Of a stretch of DNA of 64,000 nt, positions 39,153-51,947 are shown piece by piece. Both the position numbers and the translations under genes were made by a program. How positions within the stretch are numbered: the stretch's first letter is position 1; each line of letters begins with the position of its first letter. The DNA is from Terriglobia bacterium (lineage in GTDB: Bacteria > Acidobacteriota > Polarisedimenticolia > Polarisedimenticolales > JAIQFR01), in the NCBI GenBank assembly GCA_963748015.1, contig CAVVHE010000009.1, forward strand, positions 512,001-576,000, read 5' to 3'. The notes under the pieces were generated by a model, which was not told the origin of the DNA, searched no databases, and saw nothing but the letters and a program-made list of their open reading frames with translations.

Positions 39153-42100
39153 CTACCTGATCACGAAGTCCACCCGGCTGTCGGAGAGCTTGGCGTTCTT
39201 CTCGGGGGCGAGGGTCTTCGGCTCGAGGAGGAAGATCCGCTCGGGCTCTACGCGGCCGGGGGCGAGGAGGGCGTCCTTCGCCGCCTGGGCCCGCTGCATC
39301 GCGAGCTGCCGCAGATCGGACTCACCGACCTCGATGTGCGTGAGCATGAGCTTCTCCATCTCGGGCGCGGGGAGCTCCTTCGCGATGCCGACGAAGTTCC
39401 GCGGCTTGGGGAACTTCTCCTTCTTGTACGCCTTCGCCAGGTAGTCGGCGTACTCCTCCGGGGCGATCGCCACGTCGTCCACGGGAACCGGCGGCGCCCC
39501 CTGCTTCACGAGGTACGCGAGCTTCTGCGTCTTGACCTTCCTCTCGAACAGGAGGCGCCGCAGCCCCTCGCGGTCCTTCTCGGGATCCGCGTGCCCCGTG
39601 ATCTCGAGCTTCAGCGCGGGGCGGTCGTAGAGCGCCTTCTCGAGCGACTCGATCTTCGACGTCGCGCCGGCGTCGAGGGCCGCCCGGCCTTCCGCGAACT
39701 CGAGGTAGCTCAGTTCCTCCCCGCCGCCGCCGAGCGCCTTGAAGAGCGCGAACGGCGACGTGGCGACCTTCACCAGGAGGTTGCGGACGATCTTCCACAC
39801 GACGCGCCAGACGCTGAACCTGGGGTCGTCGAGCGAGCCCTTCACGGGGATGTCCAGGTGGATCTCGCCGTTCCTGTCCTTGAGAAGCGAGACCGCGAGC
39901 CTGACCGGGAGGCTCGTGGCATCCTCGCTCTCGACCTTCTGTCCGAACGTGAACTGGTCGAGGAAGAGCTTGTTGGTGGCGTCGAGCTTCCCGTCCTCGA
40001 TGCGGTAGCTCACGTCCATCGCGAGCTTCCCCTTCTCGATGGAGTATCCCGCGTACTTGCCGGAATAGGGACTGAACGAGCTCATCTCGATGTCGCGGAC
40101 GGCCCCCTTGATGTCGGCGAAGAGGTTTCCGCGGAGCGGGTTGATCTTGCCGGTGATGTCCAGCGGGGCCTGGTGGTCGAGTTTTCCCTTGAGGTCCACG
40201 TCCGCGGTCGTGCTCGCTTCGGACGAGAGGCCCGAGATCCTGCCGCCGATCTCGGTGAGATTCGCGACGTAGTTCGGCTTCACGAAGTTATCGGAGAAGT
40301 TGATCGTGCCGCCCTGGAGCGTCACGCGATCGATCGAGATCGGAGGCGGGGGCGAGGCCGGCGAGGCCGGCGGTGGCGCCACCGGCTCCGCGGGCGGCGC
40401 CTCGGTCTCCTCCACCCCCTCCTCTCCCTCCCCGGCTGACGGCGGGACGGCCTCCGCCCCCGTGATCCGCTGCAGGTTGAGTGTCCCGTCGGGGTACACG
40501 GCGACGCGAGAGTAGAAGTCCGTCAGCGCGGCCTCCGCGATTCGGACGGCGAAGGGCTCGGTGGCCGCCTCGATCCCGGACAGGTAGAGCGACTCCCACT
40601 TCAGGAAGTCCTCGCCGTTGGCGAGGTCGGTGGTCGCGAGCTTGGTCACGGACGCGGTTCCCGAGTACACGGCGCGGATCGCGCCGGCCGGCCCCGGGGC
40701 GAGGTCGAGCTTCCCCTTGGCCGACGCGGCGCCGCTCGTCATGTCGAGGTGAAGGACGCTCTCGACGTACGGCTGCAGCGGGACGAGGTCGATCCCGCGG
40801 GCGTCGAGGGCGACGCTCGCGAAGACCGGGGTCAGGCCGACGCTTCCGTTCGCGGAGAGCGTTCCGGAGGGGCCGATCTTCAGCTTGAGCGATCCGCTGC
40901 CCCGGCTCCCCTCCGCGGTCGAGAGGTTCTCCGCCGCGAGCGAGATCCCGTCGGACACGATGGAAACCGGCTGCCCGGTGGTCGTGTCGTCCCATTTCAT
41001 CGCGTAGCGGTCGAGGGCGACCTTCGCAACCTCCACGCTCCAGCCGGCCTCGACGGCGGCCGTCGTTGCCGCCGCCGCGGGCTCTCCCGGAGCCGGCTCC
41101 GGCGCCGCGGCGCCCGCGGGGATCGGCTCCCGCCTCAGGAACAGTCTGCCGCCCGAGGAGGAGAACCGGCCGATCGCGACCGCGCGCTTCGCGACGTCGA
41201 CACTCGCGTCCTCGACGGCGGCCTCCTGCACCCGCAGGAGGTCGTCCCTGGGCCGGCCCTTCTCGCGAAGCCGCAGCGAGACGAGCTTCGCGCCGAGTCC
41301 GGAGATCGAGAACCCCTCGGCCGCGTAGCGGTAGCGCGCGGAGACGTCGAGTACCCCGTCCTCCACGGCGACGGCCACGCTCGAGGCGTAGTACGGGGCG
41401 TAGCGCTTCAGCGGGACTCCCTTGACCTCGAGCGTCCCCTCGGCCGAGAGGGGATCGAGCGTCACGCTGCCGGAATGCGAGATCGACTCGCCCGCGTCGC
41501 TGCGCAACGACGCCTCGACGGCGGCGGCCTTCGAGGGAGCGGTGCTGAAGTGCCGGATCGTCGCGTCGACGGGATCGAGGGTGGCCGTGAAGGTGGGCGC
41601 GACGGTCTCGTCGGCGAGGAAGACCCGCCCGCCCGCGACGCGCGCCTCGTCCACCTCGAGCTCGAACGCGGTCTTGGTCTCGCCGGGCGGGACGAGCGCC
41701 GTGAGGTTGAGGCTCCGGTCCGTCGCGAGGCGGGGGTGAACCTCGGGAGCGTCGAGGCGAAGGCTCTCCACCCGCGCCTTCCCGCCGAACACGTCGAAGG
41801 CGGCGAGGACGACCTCGACGCCGGGAAGCGTGAGCAGCGGGGCGCCGCTCTCGTCCTCGATCGCCAGGTTCGTCACCTTCGCGCGCCCGGACACGACGAG
41901 CGCCGACACCGATCGCTGGCGGCGAACGAACGAGACGGAGGCCTTTGTGCTGAACCGGCCGGAGACGATCTTCGCCTTCGTCTCGAGCGGCAGGTACTCG
42001 AGGTAGTAGGGGATGTCGAGGTCGTCGAGGCTCAACTCGAAGACCGACTCGCGCGAGTCCTTGAACGGCTTGGACTTCCCCTTCGAGACGAGCGGCGTGC

Positions 42101-42716
42101 CGTTGAACTTCGCCTCGAACGAGGGCTCCACGTACTCGTCGAGAGCGTAGGAGAGGTTCGAAACGAACGGGATGGCGAGTGCCAAGTCGCGGACGGTGTG
42201 GCGCTTCTTCGTCGGACGGTCGTCGAAATCGAGGTTGCCTCCCTCGACCCGGATGTTGTTGAAGGAGTACCGCAGCGGCTTCGAGGGCTCGGCCGGGGCG
42301 GGGGCGGGGGACGGCGGGGCGAGGAGGTCGGAGAAGTTGTAGGTCAGGTCCTCGTTGCGGACGATCGTCACCTTGGGGCCGCGTAGCGTGACCTCCCGGA
42401 CGACCGGCGCCATGCGGAACAGGGACGCGAGCTGGAAGTTCGCGTAAAGCCGGTCGAGCGAGACGAACTCCCCGGCGCCTTCGCGGTCTCCGATCGCGAG
42501 GCCGTCGATCGTCACGGAGAGCATGAACGGGTTCGCGCGCACCTTCTGGACCGATACCGGCCTGTGGAGCGGCGCGGACAGCCGACGCTCGAGCTGCAAC
42601 TTCAGGATCGACGGGAGCGCGAGGAAGCCGAGGCCGGCGTAGACGACGATCACGACGGCGACGACGACGAGGGCCTTCCTGAATCCGGGCTTCCTGGCGG
42701 ACGAGACGATATCCAT
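39153..42716 (-). CDS. DUF748 (AsmA-like) domain protein
   Basis: N-terminal [52 protein letters not shown]. Confidence 0.88.
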   Translation of the reverse strand: MDIVSSARKPGFRKALVVVAVVIVVYAGLGFLALPSILKLQLERRLSAPLHRPVSVQKVRANPFMLSVTIDGLAIGDREGAGEFVSLDRLYANFQLASLFRMAPVVREVTLRGPKVTIVRNEDLTYNFSDLLAPPSPAPAPAEPSKPLRYSFNNIRVEGGNLDFDDRPTKKRHTVRDLALAIPFVSNLSYALDEYVEPSFEAKFNGTPLVSKGKSKPFKDSRESVFELSLDDLDIPYYLEYLPLETKAKIVSGRFSTKASVSFVRRQRSVSALVVSGRAKVTNLAIEDESGAPLLTLPGVEVVLAAFDVFGGKARVESLRLDAPEVHPRLATDRSLNLTALVPPGETKTAFELEVDEARVAGGRVFLADETVAPTFTATLDPVDATIRHFSTAPSKAAAVEASLRSDAGESISHSGSVTLDPLSAEGTLEVKGVPLKRYAPYYASSVAVAVEDGVLDVSARYRYAAEGFSISGLGAKLVSLRLREKGRPRDDLLRVQEAAVEDASVDVAKRAVAIGRFSSSGGRLFLRREPIPAGAAAPEPAPGEPAAAATTAAVEAGWSVEVAKVALDRYAMKWDDTTTGQPVSIVSDGISLAAENLSTAEGSRGSGSLKLKIGPSGTLSANGSVGLTPVFASVALDARGIDLVPLQPYVESVLHLDMTSGAASAKGKLDLAPGPAGAIRAVYSGTASVTKLATTDLANGEDFLKWESLYLSGIEAATEPFAVRIAEAALTDFYSRVAVYPDGTLNLQRITGAEAVPPSAGEGEEGVEETEAPPAEPVAPPPASPASPPPPISIDRVTLQGGTINFSDNFVKPNYVANLTEIGGRISGLSSEASTTADVDLKGKLDHQAPLDITGKINPLRGNLFADIKGAVRDIEMSSFSPYSGKYAGYSIEKGKLAMDVSYRIEDGKLDATNKLFLDQFTFGQKVESEDATSLPVRLAVSLLKDRNGEIHLDIPVKGSLDDPRFSVWRVVWKIVRNLLVKVATSPFALFKALGGGGEELSYLEFAEGRAALDAGATSKIESLEKALYDRPALKLEITGHADPEKDREGLRRLLFERKVKTQKLAYLVKQGAPPVPVDDVAIAPEEYADYLAKAYKKEKFPKPRNFVGIAKELPAPEMEKLMLTHIEVGESDLRQLAMQRAQAAKDALLAPGRVEPERIFLLEPKTLAPEKNAKLSDSRVDFVIR

Positions 42717-42835
42717 CACGGGGACCTCCGAGGGTCGGGGGACGATTATCGCGCTATCCGCCCGATGGGGTATCCGTTATGATCGCCCCGTCCCTCGGGG
42801 CGACGGTGCCCCGGGTTTCGTCGGAGGGGGTCCCC

Positions 42836-43558
42836 ATGAGCATGGCGAAGAAGGCGGGAGCGGAGTTCATCGGCACCTTCTGGCTCGTCTTCGGAGGCTG
42901 CGGCAGCGCAGTGCTGGCCGCGAAGTTCTTCGGCAAGTTCGAGGATGGCCAAGCCTTCAACTTCGGGATCGCATTCCTCGGCGTGGCCCTCGCCTTCGGC
43001 CTGACCGTTCTCACCATGGCCTACGCGATCGGGCACATCTCGGGGTGCCACTTGAACCCCGCCGTCTCCCTCGGCCTCTGGGCGGGAGGCCGTTTCCCCG
43101 CATCGGACCTGCTCCCGTACGTCGCCGCGCAACTCGCGGGGGGGATCGCCGCCGCCGGCACGCTCTACTTCATCGCGAGCGGCAAGGCGGGGTGGGAGAT
43201 CTCGGGCGGGTTCGCGTTGAACGGCTACGGCGCGCACTCGCCGGGAGGCTTCACGCTCCCGTCGGCATTCGCGACCGAGCTCCTGCTCACCTTCATGTTC
43301 CTGATCATCATCCTCGGCGCCACGGACCCGCGCGCGCCGAAGGGGCTCGCGCCGATTGCCATCGGCCTTGGGCTCACGCTGATCCACCTGATCAGCATCC
43401 CGGTCACCAACACCTCCGTGAACCCCGCCCGCAGCACGGGCCCCGCGATCTTCGCCGGGGGCTGGGCCTTGCAGCAGCTCTGGCTGTTCTGGATCGCGCC
43501 GATCGCCGGTGCCGTCATCGCCGGGGCGGTCTACCGCTGGCTGGGGAGCGAGGACTAG
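42836..43558 (+). CDS. aqpZ: Aquaporin Z
   Basis: [44 protein letters not shown]. Confidence 0.96.
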   Translation: MSMAKKAGAEFIGTFWLVFGGCGSAVLAAKFFGKFEDGQAFNFGIAFLGVALAFGLTVLTMAYAIGHISGCHLNPAVSLGLWAGGRFPASDLLPYVAAQLAGGIAAAGTLYFIASGKAGWEISGGFALNGYGAHSPGGFTLPSAFATELLLTFMFLIIILGATDPRAPKGLAPIAIGLGLTLIHLISIPVTNTSVNPARSTGPAIFAGGWALQQLWLFWIAPIAGAVIAGAVYRWLGSED

Positions 43559-43600
43559 CGCGGGTTGGGCCGCCGGACCCCTCCCCGCGAAGGGTCCGGG

Positions 43601-46600
43601 CTACCGACGGGCCGCCGGCGGGGAGGCGGCGTCGAGCACGAACCGTCCGACGGGGAAGTGCCCTTCCTTCTCCGCCTTCTCGCCCTTGAAGACAGCCCAC
43701 GCCGGCAGGCCGCCGCGGTAGGTCTTCGTCATCTCGTACAGCTCGAGCGGGCCGTTGGCGAGCAGGACGTGAAGGACCCGGTTGGCGGCGAAGGGGCTCG
43801 GCAGTGCTAGGTACAGCCCGTCGCCGGTCGAGTTGTAGAGCGTCCCCTCGAACCGGAACCACCCCGGGCCGGCCTCGAGCGGCAGCTGCGGCAGCAGCCG
43901 CGCCAGCAGGGCGTTGTCGCGCGGATCGCCGATCACGAACAGGTCGCTCGAGGCGAGCTGTCCCTCCGTCACCTCCGAGTCCTTGACGACCGGCGGCAGG
44001 ATCTCGGAGAAGGCGTCGGCCAGCACCGCCTGGAAGCGCAGCGCCAGCGTGTGGTTCGCCTCGAGCTGCCGCGCCGTGCCGTAGACGATGATCGTGTGAT
44101 CGAAGTCCTCGGCGAAGCTACCGAAGGTGTGGAAGCGCGCGGTCGCGACCGGGAAATCGGCCAGCGCGTCGAAGACGACGCGCTCGGGCTTGTCCGGCAC
44201 GGTGAAGGTGGCCGTCGACGTCGCGTCGTCGAGCGTCATCGGGAAGAGCAGCCGCTTGCCGGCGGTCTCGACCGCGACGGTTCCGGCGATGCGGTAGGGC
44301 GTGCCCGGCTGGGTCGCCGTTGCGGCGACGCGCCACTCCTTCGCCTTCGAGCCCTTGGCGGTCACCTCGATCGACGGGGCGGGATCGGGAAGTCCGGTGC
44401 GCTCGATCCACGGCGACAGGTCGGCGGCGACGTCCCGTCCGAGCGCCTCCTTCGCCTCGGCCAAGAACTGCGGCCCCGTCACCTCCTTTCCGCGGTGGCG
44501 TTCGAAGAACCCCTTCATCAGCTTGAAGAACGCCTCGTTGCCCGCCAGGAGCCGTAGCTGGTGCAGCGCGAAGGTCCCCTTGATCCGCGGGACCAGGTAG
44601 GGGGCGAAGCGGTCGTAGGCGACCCCGCCCTCGCGCGCCGGCAGGTCGGCCTCGTGCGCCAGCACGTAGTTGATCCGGCTTTGCAGGCCGGCCAGCTGCT
44701 TCGCCAGCGCGTCGGGGCGCTCGGCCTCCTTCTCGGGGAGGCCGTGGAGGATCTGCCAGTAGGCGGCGCTGCCGGAGACGAGCCAGTTGTCGGCGCCGGT
44801 CGCCGGGAAGACCGTTCCGCGCCAGAGGTCGTCGTTCGTGAACGAGTAGCGCGCCTTGACCGCGGCGAGGTCGAGCTCGCGCTCCTTCGCCGCCGGCTTC
44901 TCTTTCCCCTCGGCCGCGTGCGCCGCTTTCAGCCGCTCGGCGATCACGACCGGGCTGAAGGTCGCGTAGCCGTAGGTGAGGTGCGGGATCGCGCCGGGGA
45001 GATCGGGCATCCGGCGGCTCCCTGGGGCGGGGAACTTCTCGCGCAGCGTCACCTTCCCCTGGTGGGCCATGAAGACCAGCTTCTCGGCCATCGCCGAGTC
45101 GGTGACCTTGCCGTCGCAGGCGTGCGGCCGGTTGGTCGGCGAGGAGGCCATCAGCCCGACGGCGCTCCCGACGTCGATCCTCCCCTTGTGTTCCTCGTAG
45201 AAGCGGTGGAACGCGACGTCGCGGTTCCACGGACCGAAGGCGGAGTCGAACGGGGCGTCCTCGGGCTGGGCCGCGACCTCGCGCCGGACCGAGGCGTCGC
45301 GGGCGTTGTTGTTGGCCCAGAGATAGCCGGGGGTCCCGAAGGGCGCCGGCTGGTCGGTCGAGCGCCACAGCTTGAGGTGGTCGGTGCCGAGCAGCAGGAC
45401 CGCGGCCTCCTCCTTCTTGACGTCGGCCAGCGTCCAGTCGTTGGTGTACATCCCGTTGTTCCGCTCGGACAGGATGCGGGTCACCTCGTCGATCGACGAC
45501 CCGTACTGGATCGCCTTGCGGATCCGGTTGCTCTGCGGCGTCCCGTCCGGGTTGAACGGCGTCTGCAGCGTCGTCGTCTCGCCGATCAGGATCCCGGCGT
45601 CGTTGATGTAGAAGTCGGTCCCGGAGTGGATCCCGCCCGGGAAGGTCTGCATCACGAAGCGGTGGCCCTTCTCCGGGACGACGTCGAGGATGACGTTGAA
45701 GTGCACCCCGGTGTAGCCGGCCCACATGAAGAGCTGGAAGAAGACGACCCGGCCGTCGGCGGTCGCCGGGCCGGTGGCCGAGAGCGACGAGCACTTGTGC
45801 GTCCGCTCGGGGACCTTCAGCTCGTCCTCGGCGGTGAGGAAGGTCCTCCCGGTCGCGGCGTGCGGCGTCACCGGCAGGGCGTCCTCCATCTGGTCGAGGT
45901 CGATGAAGGCGTTCATCGTGACGACGTCGAGCAGGTCGACCTTGCGGTCGTGGACCTTCGCCCCCGCCTTGGCGGCGCCGTCGGCGGTCCCCTTCATCTC
46001 TTCCAGGAACTCCGGGTCGAAGCGCCGCAGCATCAGCGCGTCGGCCATCGTGCGCAGCGTGGTCCAGCCGGCCGCGGGATCCTTGGCGTCGCGCTGGATC
46101 GAGAGCTTCGTGATGTAGGCGGCGAGCTCGTCGGCGACGAGCGCGCCGAACTGCCGCCCCCGCGCGTAGGGCGCCCCCTCGATGTGCACGACGATCCAGC
46201 CGCGGTCGTCGTAGCGGAACGCCGGTCCCTCCCAGCGCACGCGCTCGAGCGGGATGACGGTCGTGATGTCGCCGACCTCGGCCAGCTGAACGTCGTCGAA
46301 GAGGGCGCGGCCGGTCGCGGTGCCGTTGAGGCCGAGGTGGAGCCGCACCCGATCCTCGGCGGCGGTGGCGACGAAGGTCGTCTCGACGCGCGTCCAGCCG
46401 CTCGTGCCGCCGACGGAGGGGGAGTGGTTCGTGAACGGGAAGGAGGCCATCGTCAGCGCCGCCGGCACCGCGGTCGGGTAGCGGGCGAGCGGGTCGGAAA
46501 CGGCGCCGTCGGTCCGGACCCACGCCGAGAGCCGGTAGACCTGGCCGACCCGGAGCCGGACCGGCTCGGAGGCCACGGAGATCGACGCCGGGACCTCGGC

Positions 46601-46837
46601 CGCCAGCTCGAGCGCCGCCTCGCCTCCGTGGCCGGCCGCGACGCGCCGCGCGACCGTGCCCGCGCGGGGCGGACCGACGAGGGTCCACCCCCGCGGGAGC
46701 GGATCCGCTCCCGCCGCCTCGAAGCCGGCGTGGGCCACCGGCACCGGGACGTCCGGGGAGGCCGCCGGGGAGGCCGCGCCCGCGATCGTGACGAGGCAGA
46801 GCAGAAAGGACAGGACGACGGGAACCCGTACTTGCAT
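43601..46837 (-). CDS. Secreted Ntn-hydrolase (peptidase C45 / phospholipase-B-like) with N-terminal CBM-like and C-terminal M1-like domains
   Basis: GGAGG RBS; signal peptide; [24 protein letters not shown] putative autocleavage Cys; [23 protein letters not shown]. Confidence 0.78.
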   Translation of the reverse strand: MQVRVPVVLSFLLCLVTIAGAASPAASPDVPVPVAHAGFEAAGADPLPRGWTLVGPPRAGTVARRVAAGHGGEAALELAAEVPASISVASEPVRLRVGQVYRLSAWVRTDGAVSDPLARYPTAVPAALTMASFPFTNHSPSVGGTSGWTRVETTFVATAAEDRVRLHLGLNGTATGRALFDDVQLAEVGDITTVIPLERVRWEGPAFRYDDRGWIVVHIEGAPYARGRQFGALVADELAAYITKLSIQRDAKDPAAGWTTLRTMADALMLRRFDPEFLEEMKGTADGAAKAGAKVHDRKVDLLDVVTMNAFIDLDQMEDALPVTPHAATGRTFLTAEDELKVPERTHKCSSLSATGPATADGRVVFFQLFMWAGYTGVHFNVILDVVPEKGHRFVMQTFPGGIHSGTDFYINDAGILIGETTTLQTPFNPDGTPQSNRIRKAIQYGSSIDEVTRILSERNNGMYTNDWTLADVKKEEAAVLLLGTDHLKLWRSTDQPAPFGTPGYLWANNNARDASVRREVAAQPEDAPFDSAFGPWNRDVAFHRFYEEHKGRIDVGSAVGLMASSPTNRPHACDGKVTDSAMAEKLVFMAHQGKVTLREKFPAPGSRRMPDLPGAIPHLTYGYATFSPVVIAERLKAAHAAEGKEKPAAKERELDLAAVKARYSFTNDDLWRGTVFPATGADNWLVSGSAAYWQILHGLPEKEAERPDALAKQLAGLQSRINYVLAHEADLPAREGGVAYDRFAPYLVPRIKGTFALHQLRLLAGNEAFFKLMKGFFERHRGKEVTGPQFLAEAKEALGRDVAADLSPWIERTGLPDPAPSIEVTAKGSKAKEWRVAATATQPGTPYRIAGTVAVETAGKRLLFPMTLDDATSTATFTVPDKPERVVFDALADFPVATARFHTFGSFAEDFDHTIIVYGTARQLEANHTLALRFQAVLADAFSEILPPVVKDSEVTEGQLASSDLFVIGDPRDNALLARLLPQLPLEAGPGWFRFEGTLYNSTGDGLYLALPSPFAANRVLHVLLANGPLELYEMTKTYRGGLPAWAVFKGEKAEKEGHFPVGRFVLDAASPPAARR

Positions 46838-47047
46838 CCGGCCTCCGCAGGATAGATGGAGGTTCAACCTGGTCAACACGGGGACGTCCGGGAGGAGAGT
46901 CTCATGTCGCCCAGACTCTACCCCGATTCCCGGCATCATCACTACCCCGATGCCGACTCTCTTCCCGGAACACGGGAAGTGTAGCGCGGCCACCGATCTC
47001 CACCACCTTCGCGACGCGCGAGAGGACTCTGTTATCCTCGTTTCGTC

Positions 47048-49625
47048 ATGCCGATCGAAGCCGGAACGAGACTCGGCCGCTACGAGATCCTCGGCCCCAT
47101 CGGGGCCGGAGGGATGGGGGAGGTCTACCGCGCGCGCGACGAGAAGCTGTCGCGCGACGTGGCGGTCAAGGTGCTGCCGGCCGCCTTCGCGTCGGATCCC
47201 GATCGCCTCCGCCGCTTCGAGCAGGAGGCGCGCGCCACCGGCCAGCTCAGCCATCCGAACATCCTCGCCGTCCACGACATCGGCACGCACGAGGGGGTCG
47301 CCCTACGTCGTGGCGGAGCTGCTCGAGGGGCAGACGCTCCGCCAGAAGATGGCCGGCTCGGCGCTTCCGGCGCGCAAGGCGATCGACTACGCCGGGGAGA
47401 TCGCCCTGGGACTCGCGGCGGCGCACCAGAAGGGGATCGTCCACAGGGACCTCAAGCCGGAGAACCTCTTCGTCACCGCCGACGGCCGGGTGAAGATCCT
47501 CGACTTCGGCCTGGCCAAGCTCGACGCCGCAAGCGGGCCCGCGGGGCGGATTCCGCGGAGGCGCCGACGCAGGCCGACACGGGGGCGGGGAGTCGTCCTC
47601 GGGACGGTCGGCTACATGTCCCCGGAGCAGGTGCGCGGGCAGCCGGCCGACCACCGCTCCGACATCTTCAGCTTCGGCGCCATCCTCTACGAGATGATCG
47701 CGGGACGGCGCGCCTTCGAGGCGGGCTCGTCGGTCGAGACGATGAACGCGATCCTCAAGGAGGAGCCTCCCGAGCTCTCGACGTCCAGCCCGGACCTGCC
47801 GCCCGGCGTCGAGCGGATCGTCAGTCACTGCCTCGAGAAGAGCCCGGACGAGCGGTTCCAGTCGGCGCGCGACCTGGCGTTCCAGATCGAGGCGCTCTCG
47901 ACCCCGTCGATCGCGACGGCGCCGCGAACGGCGGCCGCGGCCCCCGCGCGGGTCCTGCGCGCGCGTCCCGCGGTGGCCGCCGGCGTGATCGTGCTGACGC
48001 TGGCCGCGGGAGTTCTCGCCGGCAGGATGGCGCGGCGGGCTCCCGAGTCCGCCACCTACAGCCAGCTCACGTACCGGCAGGGGAGCATGGGATCCGCCCG
48101 ATTCGCGCCGGACGGCGAGACGGTGGTCTACTCCGCCGCCTGGGACGGGAGCCCCCCGGAAGTGTTCACCACGCGGCCCGGCACCCCCGAGTCGAGGTCG
48201 CTGGGGCTGCCGCCGGCGGACATCCTTTCCGTGTCCGCCTCCGGCGAGATGGCGTTGCTCCTCGATCCTCGGTTCACGCAGGGGTTCCAGCGCACGGGAA
48301 CCCTCGCCCGGGCGCCGCTGGCCGGCGGCGTCCCTCGCCAGGTCCTGGAGAACGTCCAGGATGCCGACTGGTCGCCGGACGGGCAGGGGCTCGCCGTCGC
48401 GCACGCCGTGGCGGGCCGCTACCGCCTCGAGTACCCCATCGGCAAGGCGCTGTACGAGACGGAACGCTGGATCAGCTCGCCGCGCTTCTCCCGCGACGGC
48501 AAGCGGATCGCGTTCATCGACCATCCGCTCGCGGGCGACAACCGCGGCCGCGTCGCGGTGGTGGACCTATCGGGGAACGTGAAGCCGCTCACCGAGCCGT
48601 TCAGCGCGGCGGGCGGTCTCGCGTGGTCGCCTACCGGAGCGGAGATCTGGTTCACCGCGGGGAGCACCGGCAACGTCATGGCGGTCTACGCGGTGGATCT
48701 GTCCGGCAACCAGCGCGTCGTCGAGGCGGCGCCGGCCAGCTTGAACCTGGAGGACGTCGCCCCCGGCGGAAGGGCCCTGATCACCCGCGACAGCGCGCGG
48801 CGGGGCATGATCGGGCTGCGGGCGGGGGAGCGGGTCGAGCGCGAGCTGTCGTGGCTCGACTGGTCGCGGCCGAGCGATCTATCCGACGACGGCGAGTGGG
48901 TGCTGTTCGAGGAGCAGGGACAGGGAGGAGGGGCCGCCTACTCGGTGTACCTTCGCCGGACCGACGGCTCCCCCGCCGTGAAGCTCGGCGAGGGGTACTC
49001 GCTCGCGCTCTCGCCCGACGGCGAATGGGCCGCAACGGTAGCCGTCTCGAGTCCCGATCACGTCGTCTTCGTGCCTCGCGGGCCGGGAGAGCCGCGCACG
49101 TGGACCGTCCCGGGGCTCTCGCTGTACGGGTTGGAGTGGCTCCCCGGCGGGAAGCGGTATCTGATCCACGCTTTCGAGGCCGGGCACCTCGGCCGCCTTT
49201 ACGTCGCGGACGAGAAGGGAGGGGCGCCGAGACCCGTCTCGCCCGAGGCGCCGTTGTTGAGCTATGCCGCGTCTCCCGACGGCGGATCCGTCGCCGTGTC
49301 GGTCCCCGGCGCCGCTCCGAGGATCTTCCCCGTCGAGGGTGGCGAGCCGCGGCCGATACCGGGGGGAGAACAGGGCGACGTCGTCTTGAAATGGAGCCGC
49401 GACGGCCGTTCCCTCTTCGTCGGACGGGAGGCCGGTCGGGCGGTGAGGATCGACCGCCTCGATCTCGAGACCGGACGGAGGGGGCCCTGGAAGGAACTGC
49501 TGCCCGCCGACAGGGCGGGTCTCGTCGACATCTCGTACATCGACGTCTCGGGCGACGGCGAGTCGTACGTCTACAGCTACCGGCGCTTCCTTTCCACCCT
49601 CTACCTCGCGCAGGGCCTGCGGTAG
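47048..49625 (+). CDS. Hanks-type Ser/Thr kinase with TM and TolB/PD40 beta-propeller; three apparent indels
   Basis: [47 protein letters not shown] repeats. Frame changes at G runs ~47295, ~47545 and ~47588. Confidence 0.88.
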
Positions 49626-49677
49626 CGATGCCTGCGGGCAGGCTCCATCCCGACCGTGGCCCCGCCGGGAGGGTGCG

Positions 49678-50499
49678 ATGAAGAAGACGATCGACAAGAT
49701 CCTCTCGAGAGCGAATGCACCGAAAGACGAGATCCGAACCTCGACCAGCCTCTCGGACAACCAGGCGTACCCGCAAGCCTGTCTCGACGCGGCGAACGAC
49801 TACCGGCGGTTCAACGAGTTTCGCCGGCACCCTGCCTACAACGCGATCTTGGAGCACGTGACCGAGAGCCAGGGCGCCGACTACCTGCGGCTGCTGTCGC
49901 AAGATCCGGACTTGCTGGGGCGGCTCGAGACCTTCCGCGCGAACGACCGGCACGGAAATCCCCGGGTGTTCGACTACCCCGGCGCGGGGGCCGTCTCTCC
50001 GACGACTCTCCGGTACGTCAAGGTTCTGGCGGACCTGCGGCGCCTGTTCGGCCCACTGGACGGTTTGGACGTGGCCGAGATCGGTGTCGGCTACGGTGGG
50101 CAGTGCCGGGTCATCCATGCCTGGTTCGCGCCTGCCTCCTACACGCTGGTGGACATCCAACCGGCGCTGGCCCTGGCGCAGCGCTTCCTGGACCACTTCG
50201 CGCTGGATGGCCGTCTCGTCTATCGGACGATGAACGAGCTGGCCCCGAAGGACCACGACTTGCTCGTGAGCAATTACGCGTTCACGGAGCTTCCGAGATC
50301 GATTCAGGATGTCTACTTCAGGAAGGTCGTGTCCCGCTCGAAGCGGGGGTACATCACCTACAACGAGATCACGCCGGCCGAGTTCCGCTCCTACAAGGCG
50401 CAGGAACTGGTGGAGATGATCCCCGGCGCCCGCGTGCTGGACGAAGAGCCGCTGACCCACCCCCTGAACTGCATCATCGTCTGGGGGGACGGGAAGTAG
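49678..50499 (+). CDS. Putative sugar O-methyltransferase (SAM-dependent)
   Basis: [10 protein letters not shown] motif [15 protein letters not shown]. Confidence 0.72.
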   Translation: MKKTIDKILSRANAPKDEIRTSTSLSDNQAYPQACLDAANDYRRFNEFRRHPAYNAILEHVTESQGADYLRLLSQDPDLLGRLETFRANDRHGNPRVFDYPGAGAVSPTTLRYVKVLADLRRLFGPLDGLDVAEIGVGYGGQCRVIHAWFAPASYTLVDIQPALALAQRFLDHFALDGRLVYRTMNELAPKDHDLLVSNYAFTELPRSIQDVYFRKVVSRSKRGYITYNEITPAEFRSYKAQELVEMIPGARVLDEEPLTHPLNCIIVWGDGK

Positions 50500-50665
50500 G
50501 CGATGGCAACGGATTCCCGTCGGGGACGTCGCCCCTCGGATTCGCGCCTTGGACATCCAATCCCTGGCCTGTAGACTGGGACTGCCGCTCCGGCGGTTCG
50601 GCGGAACCTCGCGAGGCAGCCTGCGTCGGGTGGCTCTTGCGACGGTCTTCTCAAGGATGGTAACG

Positions 50666-51817
50666 ATGCGATACGACCTGCGAACGAGCGCGCTCTCGGT
50701 GGTGGCCATTCTCTCGGTGGCCGGCCTGGCGTCGGCCCAGGTGCCGGGGATCACGATGCCGCCTTCGGGCGACAACCAGCGGTCGGTGGTCACGCAGTAC
50801 ATCGGCCCGGTGGCGGTGACGATCGACTACCACAGCCCCAACGTGCACGGGCCCAGCGGCGAGGACCGCACGGGCAAGATCTGGGGAGCCCTGGTGCCCT
50901 TCGGGATGGCCGCCCTGGGGTTCGGAACCTGCGGGGACCAGTGCCCGTGGCGCGGGGGCGCCAACGAGAACACCGTGTTCTCGGTGTCGCACGACGTCGA
51001 GATCGAGGGCGCCCGCCTTCCCGCCGGGAAGTACGGCCTCCACTTCGTCCCCGGCGCCGAGCAGTGGACGGTGATCTTCTCGAAGAACGCCACGTCGTGG
51101 GGAAGCTACTTCTACGACGCCAAGGAAGATGCCCTCCGTGTCGTGGTCAAGCCCGCCAAGATTCCCTATACCGAGTGGCTGACCTACGAGTTCACCGACC
51201 GTCAGCCCGACAGCGCGACCGTCGCTCTCGAGTGGGAGTACCTGCAGCTGCCGTGGACGATCCGCGTGCCGGACGTCACCGGCCTCTACGTCGAGACGCT
51301 GCGGCGTGAGATGCGCTCGGCCCCCGGGTTCTCGTGGCTGCACCAGAACGCCGCCGCGCAGTACTGCCTGCAGAACAAGACTAATCTCGAGGAAGCGCTC
51401 GGGTGGGCGCAGAAGGCGGCCGACCCGAGGATCGGCGGGCAGGAGAGCTTCACGACGCTCTCGACCGTCGCCCAGTTGCTCGAGGCGACGGGCAAGGCGG
51501 CCGAGGCCGCGACGATGCTCGATCGGGCGATCAACCACCCCACGGCCGACGCCATCACGCTGCACCAATACGGACGCGCCCTGCTGAACCAGAAACGGCC
51601 GGCCGACGCGATGAAGGTGTTCGAGTTGAACGCTAAGCGCAACAACGGCGCGTGGCCGACGCAGGTGGGCCTGATGCGCGGCCACGCCGCGCTCGGCCAC
51701 CAGAAGGAAGCGCTCGAGCACGCCCGCGAAGCGCTGAAGCAGGCGCCGGACGAGCAGAATCGCAAGAGCCTCGAAGGCATCATCAAGCGGCTCGAGGCGG
51801 GACAGCCGATCGGTTGA
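50666..51817 (+). CDS. Secreted DUF2911-domain protein with TPR C-terminus
   Basis: VTIDYHSP, IWGALVPFG, WRGGANENT, LPAGKYGL, WGSYFY, EWLTYEF. Confidence 0.87.
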   Translation: MRYDLRTSALSVVAILSVAGLASAQVPGITMPPSGDNQRSVVTQYIGPVAVTIDYHSPNVHGPSGEDRTGKIWGALVPFGMAALGFGTCGDQCPWRGGANENTVFSVSHDVEIEGARLPAGKYGLHFVPGAEQWTVIFSKNATSWGSYFYDAKEDALRVVVKPAKIPYTEWLTYEFTDRQPDSATVALEWEYLQLPWTIRVPDVTGLYVETLRREMRSAPGFSWLHQNAAAQYCLQNKTNLEEALGWAQKAADPRIGGQESFTTLSTVAQLLEATGKAAEAATMLDRAINHPTADAITLHQYGRALLNQKRPADAMKVFELNAKRNNGAWPTQVGLMRGHAALGHQKEALEHAREALKQAPDEQNRKSLEGIIKRLEAGQPIG

Positions 51818-51883
51818 GGTCCGGGCCCGCCTCGCCGGCGGGCGCCGTCGTCGGGGGCAAGGGCCGGCGGAGACGCATGAAAT

Positions 51884-51908
51884 GGGGCGCTCGAACGGCG
51901 CCCCTTTT
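51884..51908 (+). terminator. Rho-independent terminator
   Basis: GGGGCGC-N7-GCGCCCC-TTTT. Confidence 0.7.
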
Positions 51909-51947
51909 CGTCTCGCGGGGCGAAGCGGATTCCGCGGGGTCCTATCG

